Shown: positions 13,834 to 26,249 of the stretch, piece by piece
Layout: each line of letters opens with the position of its first letter
Position numbering within the stretch: the first letter of the stretch is position 1
DNA from: Octopus bimaculoides
Lineage: Eukaryota
Assembly (NCBI RefSeq): GCF_001194135.2
Contig: NC_068987.1
Location: 11,270,643-11,334,642, forward strand
Length of the DNA stretch: 64,000 nucleotides
Direction: 5' to 3'
The notes under the pieces: generated by a model
Database searches by the model: none
What the model saw: only the letters and a program-made list of their open reading frames with translations
What the model was told of the DNA's origin: nothing
Position numbers and translations under genes: made by a program

Positions 13834-14212
13834 TTGTTGTTGTTGGCACTCCATCGCTTACAACGTCGAGGGTTCCAGTTGATCCGATCAACGGAACAGC
13901 CTGCTCGTGAAATTAACGTGCAAGTGGCTGAGCACTCCACAGACACGTGTACCCTTAACGTAGTTCTCGGGGATATTCAGCGTGACAAGGCTGACCCTTT
14001 GAATTACAGGTACAAAAGAAACAGGAAGATGGAGTGAGAGAAAGTTGTGGTGGAAGAGTACAGTAGGGTTCGCCACCATCCCCTGCCGGAGCCTCGTGGA
14101 GCTTTAGGTGTCTTTGCTCAATAAGCACTCACAACGCCCGGTCTAGGAATCGAAACCGCGATCCTATGACCGCGAGTCTGCTGCCCTAACCACTGGGCCA
14201 TTGCGCCTCCAC
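13834..14212 (-). mobile_element. tRNA-derived SINE family C with (AAC)n tail and 11-bp TSD
   Basis: Head ggcgcaatggcccagtggttagggcagc; tail gtgccaacaacaac; TSD aaactaactta at 13823-13833 and 14213-14223. Confidence 0.9.
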
Positions 14213-15542
14213 AAACTAACTTAACATGGATGATAATTTCTAAATTTTACTCTAAAAATGGGTCGTTTAAGCTTTTAACAGTGAAATAATAAAAGAAATT
14301 AATAAAGACAAAAGTTGTAAATTTACTTTATACATTTCAAGTTAACGACTTCCCTGTGCCTGATGAGATCTCATTTTATTTTAATAACCATTACTAGTTT
14401 TATCATGCATAATATAATTACTACTATTGGAAAAATTTAGGATATTAATTATGTTACCTCATACCCCTTAAAAGCCTAATGCTTCATTTGACATGCCCAC
14501 ATTGAGGACCTCTGGTTTACACCACCTTTTCTTTGAAAAGTAATGCATCTAGAATCAACATGTACCTTCTTAAAGACAATAGGCTTTATTGAAAGGGATT
14601 TGGCTGCTATTTTAAGCAGGCTGAGCAACAGAGTAGAAGCCACATCCATGTGTTTAGTGATTAACTCTCAACTGGGTTTACAAAATGATATGACAATGGC
14701 AAACAGCAATCATCTTGGACACTGTAACCTAGAATTGTACTTCTCCCAACTCTCTGGCTTCTCACATTATTGTAAAAATGTTTTGTTTATTGAATTTTAT
14801 TACATTATATTTTTTACAATTCAAAAACTAAATTTATAGAAAAAAAAAAAAATAATAATAATAAAACTTTTGTTGTTATAATTGATTGACTTGATCCAAG
14901 TACAAAAGTTCCCAGATAGTGTGGCCTGACATGCTGTTGTCTCCTGAAGCTATTGTGTGTGTGTGTGTGTGTGTGCACACTACAGATTTTGTTTTTCTTT
15001 GTTTAGATAGTTCATTCGCACAGGAATATGATTTATGTTTCAAATAACAGAAAAAACAAACAAAACACCTCCACTTTTTAGCTGCTCAGTTTCAAATGCA
15101 TACAGCAAAGTAACATTATTATCAATGTATCCTGCAAAATCACAATATTTGGTTATCACCACTGATGCCTTTCTCCAAAACATAGTTCCATCTAATTCAA
15201 TATCATGTAAAGAATAAAAAGTTTTGAATGGTACAACAATGCACTATAATACAAAAAAATGGACTATATACCTGTTGTAATTTAGTTATCTATAGTCCGA
15301 TGATATTTCGGAATACAATTCCTTCTTCAGATATTCTTAGATGGAGTCTCTGCTATAAACTATATCAATATCATGTGTGTTTTCCTGTACAACTGCCTAC
15401 ACTGGACAGTTTCGTATAGAACCCAACAGTACTGATTCGCTTATGATGACGGAAACATTATATTTTTTGCGCACTGCCTGATAACTGATGCACTTCTCAA
15501 AAGTGAATGGTCCTTTATCAGAAGACTTATGACGAGGTAAGG

Positions 15543-15666
15543 CAGTGTTTCTCAACCTTTTTACGCTTAAAATAAATTACATGTCTCAAGGAACCCCTGC
15601 ACAAAAAAAAAAAATTATGTACTATATCTTTCTCACATTTTTTTCATCATACTTTACGAGGTAAAT

Positions 15667-15704
<38 letters not shown>

Positions 15705-16053
15705 GGGATAAATCCAAATTTACAGGTAAAAACTCAATTAAATTCAATTTATTAAGAATTAAAATTAAATTAAGTTTCACAGTATATAATATATAAATAT
15801 ATAATTTAGAGAAAAGAACCAAAGTTCATGAACTCATCCATGAAAATCCACAGATTTAATCGATTTGATTATATATTATTTTCTATTTGAAAACTTGGTT
15901 ATGAAGCACCTGTAGTCATTTTATTATTATTATTTTATGATTTTTACTTTGTATTTTATTATACTTATTTATTGTGTATTTATTAATTTTTTCCTATATG
16001 TGGCTGTGAATTTTCGTAGATGAGTTCATGAACTTTGGTTCTTTTCTCTAAAT

Positions 16054-16104
<51 letters not shown>

Positions 16105-16320
16105 TGTCTATAAATTACAGACATCACTAAATATATCCCCAATGGTTGTTATATTTATTTTGATAACATAATAGGTTAGATAGGATGATGTCTATATTAC
16201 AGTAACCAAGAATATGTTGTTCATGTATAGTAATATTACAATCATGAAATTAGCATTAGCTTGTCTCACTATTTCTTGTGGAACCCTAGTGCTCCGGGGA
16301 TCCCCAGTTGAGAAACGCTG
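15543..16320. mobile_element. hAT-type MITE with nested insertions
   Basis: Termini CAGTGTTTCTCAAC / GTTGAGAAACGCTG; TSD aggtaagg/agataagg (7/8); a shorter relative lies at 57878. Confidence 0.85.
15797..16058. mobile_element. nested TA-flanked foldback element with about 55-bp inverted termini
   Basis: tataatttagagaaaagaaccaaagttcatgaactcatc..gaaaat.cacag and its reverse complement at about 16005-16058; a half copy lies at about 33495-33625. Confidence 0.75.
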
Positions 16321-17944
16321 AGATAAGGTCTCACATATTTCCTTTTTGTTGGGTGTAAGTTCGATTTACCTGTTTAGAATTCAGAATACTTTGACAAATG
16401 TAGTGCTTATTTATTCACATTGTCTTGAGTTAATCCTGCATTATCTCGTACCTTTGAGATTTCAATGATGTCATTGTTTATTAGAACTGCATTGTCAGGT
16501 AGGTGTAAGAGGTCAAATCTAGCTGGTCCGAAGGCAAAATACAGGTAGAATATTTGGACCATATTGTTTAGAAATTAATCATACATTATCTCATAGCTTT
16601 GAAATTTTGATGTGGTTGTATATTCTTAAAATGACATTGGAATAGGTATGAGAGACCAGATCTGGCTGGTTTGAACATAAAACAGGACGAATATCTGGGC
16701 CTGACATGTTAAAGGGTTGTGTGTTTATTATTTTATTGTACAGACTTACATCATATCCACCCCCTAATTAATATGTATTTCAGTCTATTAAATGTTTATT
16801 TTATTTCAATATTGTTTTACCTGTTTTAATTAATTCTTTGAATATAGAACTGTATTCTAATGACCCAACTTATTTTTATTCTGGGCTTGAAACAACAGAC
16901 TGTGCACTAGTAATGAATGATCTATGAACATTTAGCCATGCAGCCACGTATACATGTGGCTATATGGTTAAGAAGTTAGCTTCCCAAGCACAAGGTTTCA
17001 AGTTCAGTCCCATATTGTGTGACACTTTGGGTAAGCGTCTTCTACAGTCTGGAATGACCAAAGCCTTGGTGAATGTATTGGGGGGGGGGGACTAAAAGAA
17101 GTCATTGTATACATTTACATATATGTCAACTTACTGTATGCCTTTGAAGATATGTGAAATAAGGGATGACTTAATTGAAAAAAAAAAAAAAAAAGATAAG
17201 GGCATTTTGCTGCAACCTTTGCTGTTAAGGAAGAAACAAATCATAAAATAAAATAAGTTTGTACAGCACTTTTGGTGAAAAATACCTTGTTGAGACTCAT
17301 TATGACAACACCTATGGATTATTTGACTTGTTACCAAGTATATATTATTATTATTATTATTGCTGAAAGAGCTGCAGCCATGGGTCAAACATAGACCAAG
17401 GTTGGGTGTTTGGCATCTAGAATGTTGCCAGGTGCTCACCGCATTGTACCAGCTGCCCAAAACCGTTAACAGGAAAACAACCCAAGATTTCTTTTGGGGG
17501 TTAATTCAGGGTATGAGTAATGATGGCTTAGGATTGAATCTAGGCATCGGTGAGAACAGTCTGAGTAGCCTCTTCCAGAAGATCTTTGTGATTCTTGAAA
17601 TCGTCTGAAATTGGAGTTGGACCTAATTTCCAGTTTCTGTCTACCAAATCCATTGACAAGGCTTTGGTTGGCCCGAGGCTATAGTAGAAGACACTTGCCC
17701 AAGGTGCCATGCAGTGGGACTGAATCCAGAACCATGTGGTTCGGAAGCAAGCTTCTTACCAAAGCCACTCCATATATATGTATGTTTATATGTATTATAT
17801 AAATGCATATATACATGTGTGTGTGTGTATATTGTTGTGCACTCACTGGCTCTGTTTCAATTTTTATTTTATTTTACACACACACACACACATACACTGA
17901 TAACTACTTTTAATATATGTAAAAAAAAAAAAAGAAAGAAAAAA

Positions 17945-18154
17945 GATGGCAAGCCGGCAGATACTTTGTCCATTTTTACGTTCTGAGTTCAAATCCCGCT
18001 GAGATTGACTTTGCCTTTCATCATTTTGGGTTCGATAAAATAAGTATGAGCTGTGTACTGGGGTGGAGGGGTCGGAGTAATGTAATCAACTACCCCCTCC
18101 CCCAAATTCCAGGTCTATTATAGAAAGGATTATGATTATTATTATTATTATTAA

Positions 18155-18199
<45 letters not shown>

Positions 18200-18590
18200 G
18201 GTGAGCTGGCAGAATCGTCAGGGCGCCGTGCAAAATGATTCGGCAGCATTTTGTTCGTCATTGCATCCAGAGTTCAAATTCCGCCGAGGTTGATATTGCC
18301 TTTCACCCTTTCAAAGTCAATGAAATAAGTACCAGTTGAGTACTGGGGTCAATGTAATCGACTGGTCCTTTCCCCCAAAATGTCAGGCCTTGTGCCTATA
18401 GTAGAAAGGATTATTATTATTCTTCTGAAATAAAATGCCGCTGGGGTCGGTCGACTCTGCCTTTCGTCCTTTCGGGGTTTGTAAATTAAGTACCAGTTGA
18501 GTACGGAGCTCGATGTGATCGACTAACCCCTTCCCCACAAAATCCAGGCCTTGTGCCTATAATAGAAAGGATCATTATTATTATTATTAT
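17945..18590 (+). mobile_element. tandem cluster of three SINE B copies separated by (ATT)n
   Basis: Repeated gagttcaaat..gactttgcctttc..gtcgataaa..gtagaaaggattattatt units. Confidence 0.75.
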
Positions 18591-18748
18591 TATTAATGTT
18601 ATAAGTAGGATTGACTTTTTGAATTCCAACCTATTGCCGTGATTAGGTTTTCGTTGCTTTGATTATAATACGTATGTCCCTAGGGGTAAATTTCAGGGTT
18701 CCAGACAAATACTTCTGATAAAGTTTGGCCTTCATAAGTGAGAAACAG

Positions 18749-18782
<34 letters not shown>

Positions 18783-21700
18783 AATATACATACGTACATA
18801 TAAATATATATACCTCTGCTTTAATAACGATCTTAATACTTGTTCACCTTTTCTCCTTGTCTGTTTCTTTCTCTCTATTTAAAAACAACTTGCGCCTGGA
18901 CAAACTAGCTCTGCCTTTCGTCAACTCTTTAATCGTTCTCCGACTAACGTAGAGCATCGAACGCCGCTAGAAGTAGCAGCCAAAAACTCCCTCAAAACCA
19001 CTCCCTATCATTTTTAAAGGAAGTTACTTTGGACTCAGTAGTACCTGTAAACACAAGAAGGTCACGGCTGAACTGGTTTTGATTGTAGTTCTGCTGTGAA
19101 GCTAAGCAACAAAAACAACACCTTAATCAGTTTGGTTATCGTATTATCAATGGTATAATCATAAACTTCTTCAATGAATTAGTGAATAGAACCTGTTGAT
19201 AGCATTTGTATTACTACTGCTGCTGCTACTACTACTACTACTACCACTACTACTACTGCTGACTTTTACATGTATCAAATAATTTAGTACTTACACTACG
19301 CCTCTTACTACTCCTATCATGTGTGTATATATATATATTTACACACACACACACACACACAAAGGCGCGAACATATATATATGTGTGTGTGTGTGTTTAA
19401 TTACATACACACGCGCATATATACGGACGCACATATATATATATATACACGCGTATATAAAATTATCGGCGTCTTACTGACGATCGTATCCAAGTTACAT
19501 TATTTAAAATTTTGTGGTGTCTCATTTATGGTGGGGTTTCTTTCGGTTTTGGCTCTCTCTAGCTTTTGTATGTATGTATATGATGTGTGTGTGTGTACAC
19601 ATGCATTGTTGGCTGAAAGATCGTACATAGAACGAACACTGAGGAGCAACGAGTGAACCAACATTATTTCGAATGAAATAAAAAATATTGTTACACGTAA
19701 ATTCTTTCTTTCATTTGTACACAACCAAAATAATATTGCTCCAGCATGGGGGTTAACCGTCATCGCTAAAACTTAACGAAGAACCAAACGTATATTTTAT
19801 ATATATATATATACACACACACACTCTGTGTTTAATCTTGTTTTAGTCCTGGAAGATAGTGTATTTGTGTGTCTGTGTTATATAAACATTTACAGTTTTG
19901 GGGACTAATGCAACATTGGGCGGAATATACATGTTTCTAAGTTTCGATATAAAGCTACATATATGAAAGATGATCAAAAATTTGTAGCACCCTGTGGGAA
20001 ACCAAAACTGCATCTCGGAGCACACTATACGTCAACTGGGAGATGTTGGTTCGGCTACCATAGGAATACTCGCTTTTGATTTTTATAGCGTATTTGCTTC
20101 CATACTTAGTTTTAAATCACGCACACACACTCGCACATCTATGTACGTATGTGTGTATGTGTGATTATGTTTGTATGTGTGCACAGAATGTATGTATATG
20201 TATATATATATTGTGTATATGCGTGTACAAATATACAAAACCTGAAAGAGACAAACTGATTTCTTTTCTCTCTCTCCACACGCACACAAACTATATATAT
20301 ATATGTGTGTGTGTGTCTGTGTGTGTATGTATGTGTATATATATATATTATGCTGGGATATTAGATGGAAACCGTGTTAGGCTCGGTAAACTTATTGCTC
20401 GTTTAGTAAAAATACACCCACAATCTACTCCACGCATTTGTTTGCTTGTTTGTCCTACTCGTTTATCCATTTCTCTACTGTCAGTCTGTCTATCTATCCT
20501 TCTATCCACTTAATTTATCTGTGTATCAATTAAAAGTATAAAAATAGCGAACATTATTTTTTTTACCCAGGACTCGACAATAAAAATTTTAATATAAACT
20601 TGAGTTATTTCGAACTTTCACCAAGGCAGCTTATCAAACTCTATACATACATACATACACATATAATATACACCCGATCGCGCGCTTAAAATTTGCGCGC
20701 TCCTGTACTTCTACTTTATCCATATTTTTCCTCTCGTCTTGTTTATGCTTTTACAAATCTCTTTCCGTTTTTCTTCCTTTTCATTTTTCGTTCTCTCAGA
20801 CAACTTTCACTCAACATTTCCTCTCCTCTCTACGTTTATCTTTCGTCGTCGTTGTTTTATCTCTCGTTTCAGTCATTGGACTGCGGCCATGCTGGGGCAC
20901 CGCCTTGAAAGGGGTTTCACTCGAACGAATCCGACTCTAGTACTTATATATTTTTAAAGCCTGATTACTTATTCTATCGGTCTCTTTTGCCAAACCATTT
21001 TGAACTTTTCCTCTCGTGTCTTCCTTTTCCCTTTCCAAACATCCCTTTTTTTTCTTTCTTTCATCTCTGTATTTCTTCATATTTTACTCTTTCAGCCCGT
21101 CGTTCTCTTTTATACCTTCCTTCAATCGTTCGTTCAAGAAACATTTTACTTCGTCGAAGCGGTAACAATAAATTTCACTATAAGTATCCCCTCCACACAC
21201 TCACACATAAATATTTGGCTTGTTTAGCTGCTCAGGAGATAAGGAGTAAACCATTTGGAGAATATATCAGGATGCTGCCAAGCTCCCACTATTAAATCAA
21301 TGACTTTATACGACTGGCTCCAAAGTCCCTTCTCGCTTATTGAATATTCCTCGGCTGTGGTTTTAAAACAGTCTGCTTAATGTTTGCTTGCTGATGTATA
21401 TATGTGTGTGTGTGTGTGTGTGTCCAGAATTTCTTTTTTAGCCGAATGCTAAGATTATTAGTTGTCAAGCCTGCTTCTCCATTTTCACTACTGAATGTGG
21501 TGCATTTGGTGTCTTTTTCCATTTCTCTTTCTAAGCTCCCTGCCCAGAGGTGGTCCAACAAGCAGACTGGCTGGCAAGCAAAGACACACACACACACTCT
21601 CTCTTATACATTCGTGTGTATATACACACATATATATATATATATATATATANNNNNNNNNNNNNNNNNNNNNNCTCTCTCTCTCTCTTTCACACACACA

Positions 21701-21975
21701 AGAAGCAGGCAGACCAAAGCCAAGCAAGCTAGCAGGCGGTTGGTCTACCAGCTTTCTCTCTCTCTCTCACATTCGCTGTGTCTCTCTCTCACATTCGCTG
21801 TGTCTCTCTCTCCCTCTCTTAACCATCACCACCACCACCACCACTGCTACTATAATATCTCTTCTTCTCTGCCTGTGCTCGCCTTCCCTGCTTGTGTGTA
21901 TGTAGTGTCTGCTCAGTCAACTGAAACACAGCTGCCTTTCAAATGATTCATCTCACTTTTCTCCTCCTTTTCCAG

Positions 21976-22030
21976 AAAGCTATAAATGTTGAGCAGGATG
22001 CATTTCATAATGCCTACTGGTGCTTTGACG
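21976..22030 (+). CDS. candidate 55-nt exon (KAINVEQDAFHNAYWCFD, or a first exon encoding MLSRMHFIMPTGALT)
   Basis: ctcacttttctcctccttttcCAG acceptor; strong donor ACG|GTGAGT. Confidence 0.4.
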
Positions 22031-22092
22031 GTGAGTAAATTCACTCTTTAATTTTTAACACTTTTCTTCCTCATCCCCCTTGAAAAGTGCAG

Positions 22093-22115
22093 AAAAATTA
22101 GATGAAAGAGCAGCA
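22093..22115 (+). CDS. candidate 23-nt microexon ((E)KLDERAA)
   Basis: Branch-like ttaac, pyrimidine tract, tgcAG acceptor; donor GCA|GTAAGT; restores frame with 21976-22030 (78 nt total). Confidence 0.35.
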
Positions 22116-23989
22116 GTAAGTGCGTGCCGAGTTCTTCTTTCTCTCTCTGTTGTGTTTCGAGAGAAAGAGAGAGAGATAACATTTTTTTGCCCGTCCACCC
22201 TCCACCTTTCCACCACAAACCCGGCTCTCCTTCATCATCCTGCTCCGCCTCGTCCTCATCACGTTTTCCTATTTCTCATCTCACCTTCTTTCTTTACTTT
22301 GCTATTTATCGCTTCGGAAACAACGTTTGTGTGTTCTGTTCATATTTGTCGCTTATTTATTTATAACTCACACCGTGAAAGAATAAAGAAAAAATTTTTT
22401 TTCTCCATAAACCCCTTCCCCCTGGTATATATATCTACATCGCTTGAAATAAATAATAATATTGATACAATTAATGTTTCTTTTTTTTTTTNNNNNNNNN
22501 NNNNNNNNNNNNNNNNNNNNNNNNNNNNNNNNNNNNNNNNNNNNNNNNNNNNNNNNNNNNNNNNNNNNNNNNNNNNNNNNNNNNNNNNNNNNNNNNNNNN
22601 NNNNNNNNNNNNNNNNNNNNNNNNNNNNNNNNNNNNNNNNNNNNNNNNNNNNNNNNNNNNNNNNNNNNNNNNNNNNNNNNNNNNNNNNNNNNNNNNNNNN
22701 NNNNNNNNNNNNNNNNNNNNNNNNNNNNNNNNNNNNNNNNNNNNNNNNNNNNNNNNNNNNNNNNNNNNNNNNNNNNNNNNNNNNNNNNNNNNNNNNNNNN
22801 NNNNNNNNNNNNNNNNNNNNNNNNNNNNNNNNNNNNNNNNNNNNNNNNNNNNNNNNNNNNNNNNNNNNNNNNNNNNNNNNNNNNNNNNNNNNNNNNNNNN
22901 NNNNNNNNNNNNNNNNNNNNNNNNNNNNNNNNNNNNNNNNNNNNNNNNNNNNNNNNNNNNNNNNNNNNNNNNNNNNNNNNNNNNNNNNNNNNNNNNNNNN
23001 NNNNNNNNNNNNNNNNNNNNNNNNNNNNNNNNNNNNNNNNNNNNNNNNNNNNNNNNNNNNNNNNNNNNNNNNNNNNNNNNNNNNNNNNNNNNNNNACGCT
23101 TTTTAGAAAGCAGGTTATTTCTTCTGTTTTTACTTCGAAGCGCTTCTACTTCAGGTGCACATCAATATAACACACATTTCTCTCTCTCTCTCTCTAAATA
23201 TAAATCTATAAATATATATATACACAAACACACATATATACATACATACACATATATCATACACACGCGCACATTTGCACACACACACACACACCGAGAG
23301 ACATGCTTTGTGTGTGTGTATTTTCACATACTCATTCGCCCGCGGCTCCGTGTGTAATTCTCGGTCCTACTTCCAACTGGCACAAATATATATATATGAA
23401 GAGAATCCTTGGTCTATCTGTCCTTTATAGAGAGAGACACTTAAGGTAGGGATGGTGATGAACTTTAACTATGTTCCTATCTGCTGTATACTTATTTCTA
23501 TCCTCGTTTATCAAGCTTATATTTTTTCCCCAAACTATACATTTTATTTATACACACATTACACAAACTCACACATACCTAATAAATAAAGAGGACATTA
23601 TTACATACAAGTTGGCTTATTTTAAAAGAATTCCAAAACGAATAGTTGATTTTTTTTTTAATTTTTAAATGGTAAACCTCATTTTACCAGGTGCCTTCAT
23701 CATTTTTTTCTAAGCTTTCTTTAATGTACCCTGCATTATGGAGGCAATAAAATGTCACACGCTCTGTGTGCGGGAAGATATTGTATTGTGTGGGCCAGGT
23801 CAACTCTGTATTTAAGGTGTACCTCCACCGACACACACAAGTCCATTCATACCACATACACCTTCATATATATATCCAATATTCTCTGACTTATCCCGTC
23901 TCCACCCTGCTCCTGTTTATCTGAATATAGTAAGTTCGTTAGACAACCTCTAAGCTGGAAATCTAACTTGTATTCATTCTTTACTTCAG

Positions 23990-24060
23990 AATAGTCCTCC
24001 TCTCCGTCTCGCTCTTCAGCTGGTGTCTCATAAACAAACAAAATTACTGGCATTGTTACC
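23990..24060 (+). CDS. candidate 71-nt exon (NSPPLRLALQLVSHKQTKLLALL)
   Basis: Branch point atctaac about 20 nt upstream, tract ttcattctttacttcAG, donor ACC|GTGAGG; competes with a minus-strand ORF. Confidence 0.25.
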
Positions 24061-25023
24061 GTGAGGGAATATATTTTTGTTCAGCAATTCATTATTTGCG
24101 TGTGTAATATTATTTGGCAAAATCGGTAGAGCGCTGGACAATAGACGTTGCGATATTAGTTACGTCCCCTTACGGTCTGCGATCGAATCCAGTCGGAGAC
24201 AACATTGCTTTCATCCTTCTCGGGATCGATTTAATTGATTGTTCCTTCCAGGAAAATTTGTGGCTTTGTGCCAATATTAGAAATTATTATCGGCAGAAAC
24301 GTTTGAGTGCCAAAATAAAAAGGAACCTTCCGGCATTTCGTTATGCCCCCTTTTTGTTTCGAGTTCAAAACCTACCTTTCGTTTCTTCATGTCCGATAAA
24401 ATATATATATATACCTGTCAAGTATTGTGGTAGATTTAATCGACGAAGCACACCTAGATTTTCTGGCCTCGTGCCAATGTTAGGAATTAATATTGCTATT
24501 AGCACCTTCTGCTATTTCTTTCTTGTATTACATCTGTTTTTTTAGAGACTTCCTGAAACGTGCTTGTTTATTATTTTCCAGAGTTACAGTTAGTTGCCTA
24601 CTCGCTTTCTCCACTCTGTTTAAACTTCAAAAGAACATTCTTTAAACATAATTTTTAAGCACTAAAAAAAAAGATGAAATAAATTACAAAAAAAAAAAGC
24701 CTGTTATTTTGCTTTAGAAATTCAAACCACAAAACATAGGTAACTTGAATTGATTTGCACCCAGCATTTGTGACTGACTGACTTACTCGAGTGAATTGAT
24801 AGTTAGTTGTAAGTAGGGTATCTACCCTGGTGACGAACCGGCTTCAAACAATTCATAAAAATATGTCAGAAATGCCAGAGTGTGGGTGGTGGGTGAATAA
24901 CAATGAATGATAAACCGATTTGAAAATATTTTACTGCTTAGGTAGATTTCATAACTTCTGCTTTTTAAATTTTATTTGTTTATTAAATCATATGTAATAT
25001 ATATATCTATATAATGAATTGTT

Positions 25024-25055
<32 letters not shown>

Positions 25056-26249
25056 AGCACAAATAGTTTAATCTTTATATAAGCTCGGGCCGACCAAAAC
25101 CCTGTGAGTTGGTTTGGTAGACGGAAATGTGTGTTTGAGTTTATTCCCACCAGTACCGCTTGAGAGCTGGTATTGGTTTATCTACGTCCTTCATAACTTA
25201 GCAGGTCGATAAAAGAAGGTAACGGAATTAGTATCAGTTAAAAAAAAAGTACAATAAAAATCCTTCAGGGCAGTGCCCCAAAATGACCGCTGTTCAATGA
25301 CTGAAACAAGTAAAAGATATAACAAATTGTCCAACAAAATGTATTTTGTGAGATTATTATTATTCACTCTTAAAACTTTTGAGTTTTCTTTTTATTCTAA
25401 GTGGCCAAACAAAGCTTGTTTTGAACCTGCCACCCACTGGAATACACGTCAATGAATTATTCCAATAAAAACAAACATCTAATTTAAGGCGGAAATTCTC
25501 TCTTTCTATTATTTATAAACTCCCTGAGTAATGAATGAGTTTGAGTTTATACCAATGCACAAGCTTAAAGCTGTTGTTTTCAAGTTAACCTTTCAGCGCC
25601 CCACTCATAGGTGAGGCTTTGATTAAACTGGATAGCAATCATAGGAGAGAGAGAGGGGGGGCAGAGCCAATGTATGTATGAATTCAACAATTAGCCAGAG
25701 ATAATGGGTTAATTAGAAATCTGTACAGTGTATGAAACTTGATTTCTATTCTGCTTTCACACAATCGGGGTACAATTAAAACTTGTTGCTTACTGTTTTG
25801 AGGAAAATGAGATGGGTGGGGAAAGTGTGTGTGTGTGTAATTATTAGCTTTTGCTATAAATATATATATATTCTGTATAGAAATACATAAGCAGGTGTAT
25901 ATAAACATACACGTGCGTGTGTGTGTGTGTGTATATGTTACTACTCCAACCAGACTGTCAGATATGGCTACACACCACTGGTCACAATGCTCCCCTTCCT
26001 CTTCACACTGTGGAAGCCTTCAAATGATGCCAACCTACTGACCAGGCAGAAGGGCCAACATGTCCCCTGAACAAAATGCCAATCCGTCTCAAAAGTTACT
26101 CGTTTGGAGCTGAGTGGAGTGCACCAACATGAAGTAGAAGTGTTTTGCTTAAGAACACAGCACGGTGCCAGTTTGGTAATCTAAACTGTGCTCTTGCAGT
26201 CGCGAGTGCAAAGTCCTAGTCATCACACCTTCACACCCACCCATATATA

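Larger units (their letters stand above)
19300..23400. promoter_or_regulatory. CpG-rich island; probable promoter or alternative first-exon region
   Basis: Unique sequence with frequent CG (cgcgtata, cgatcgt, cgatcgcgcgc, cgcccgcggctccg) against a CG-poor background; judged by eye, not counted. Confidence 0.5.

Noticed and set aside
13834-14212. tRNA-like sequence at the heads of SINE A, B and C; ORFs 13834-14037 and 48044-48232
   Set aside because: A/B boxes belong to SINEs; there is no complete cloverleaf, and the ORFs are repeat-derived
15535-15542. Donor-like GAG|GTAAGG
   Set aside because: It is the mutated left TSD copy of the hAT MITE, and the upstream frames contain stops
25597-25610. 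About 13-nt unit tttcAG...ATAG|GTGAGG
   Set aside because: Good sites, but not frame-preserving and no partner exon could be justified; could be revisited with RNA-seq
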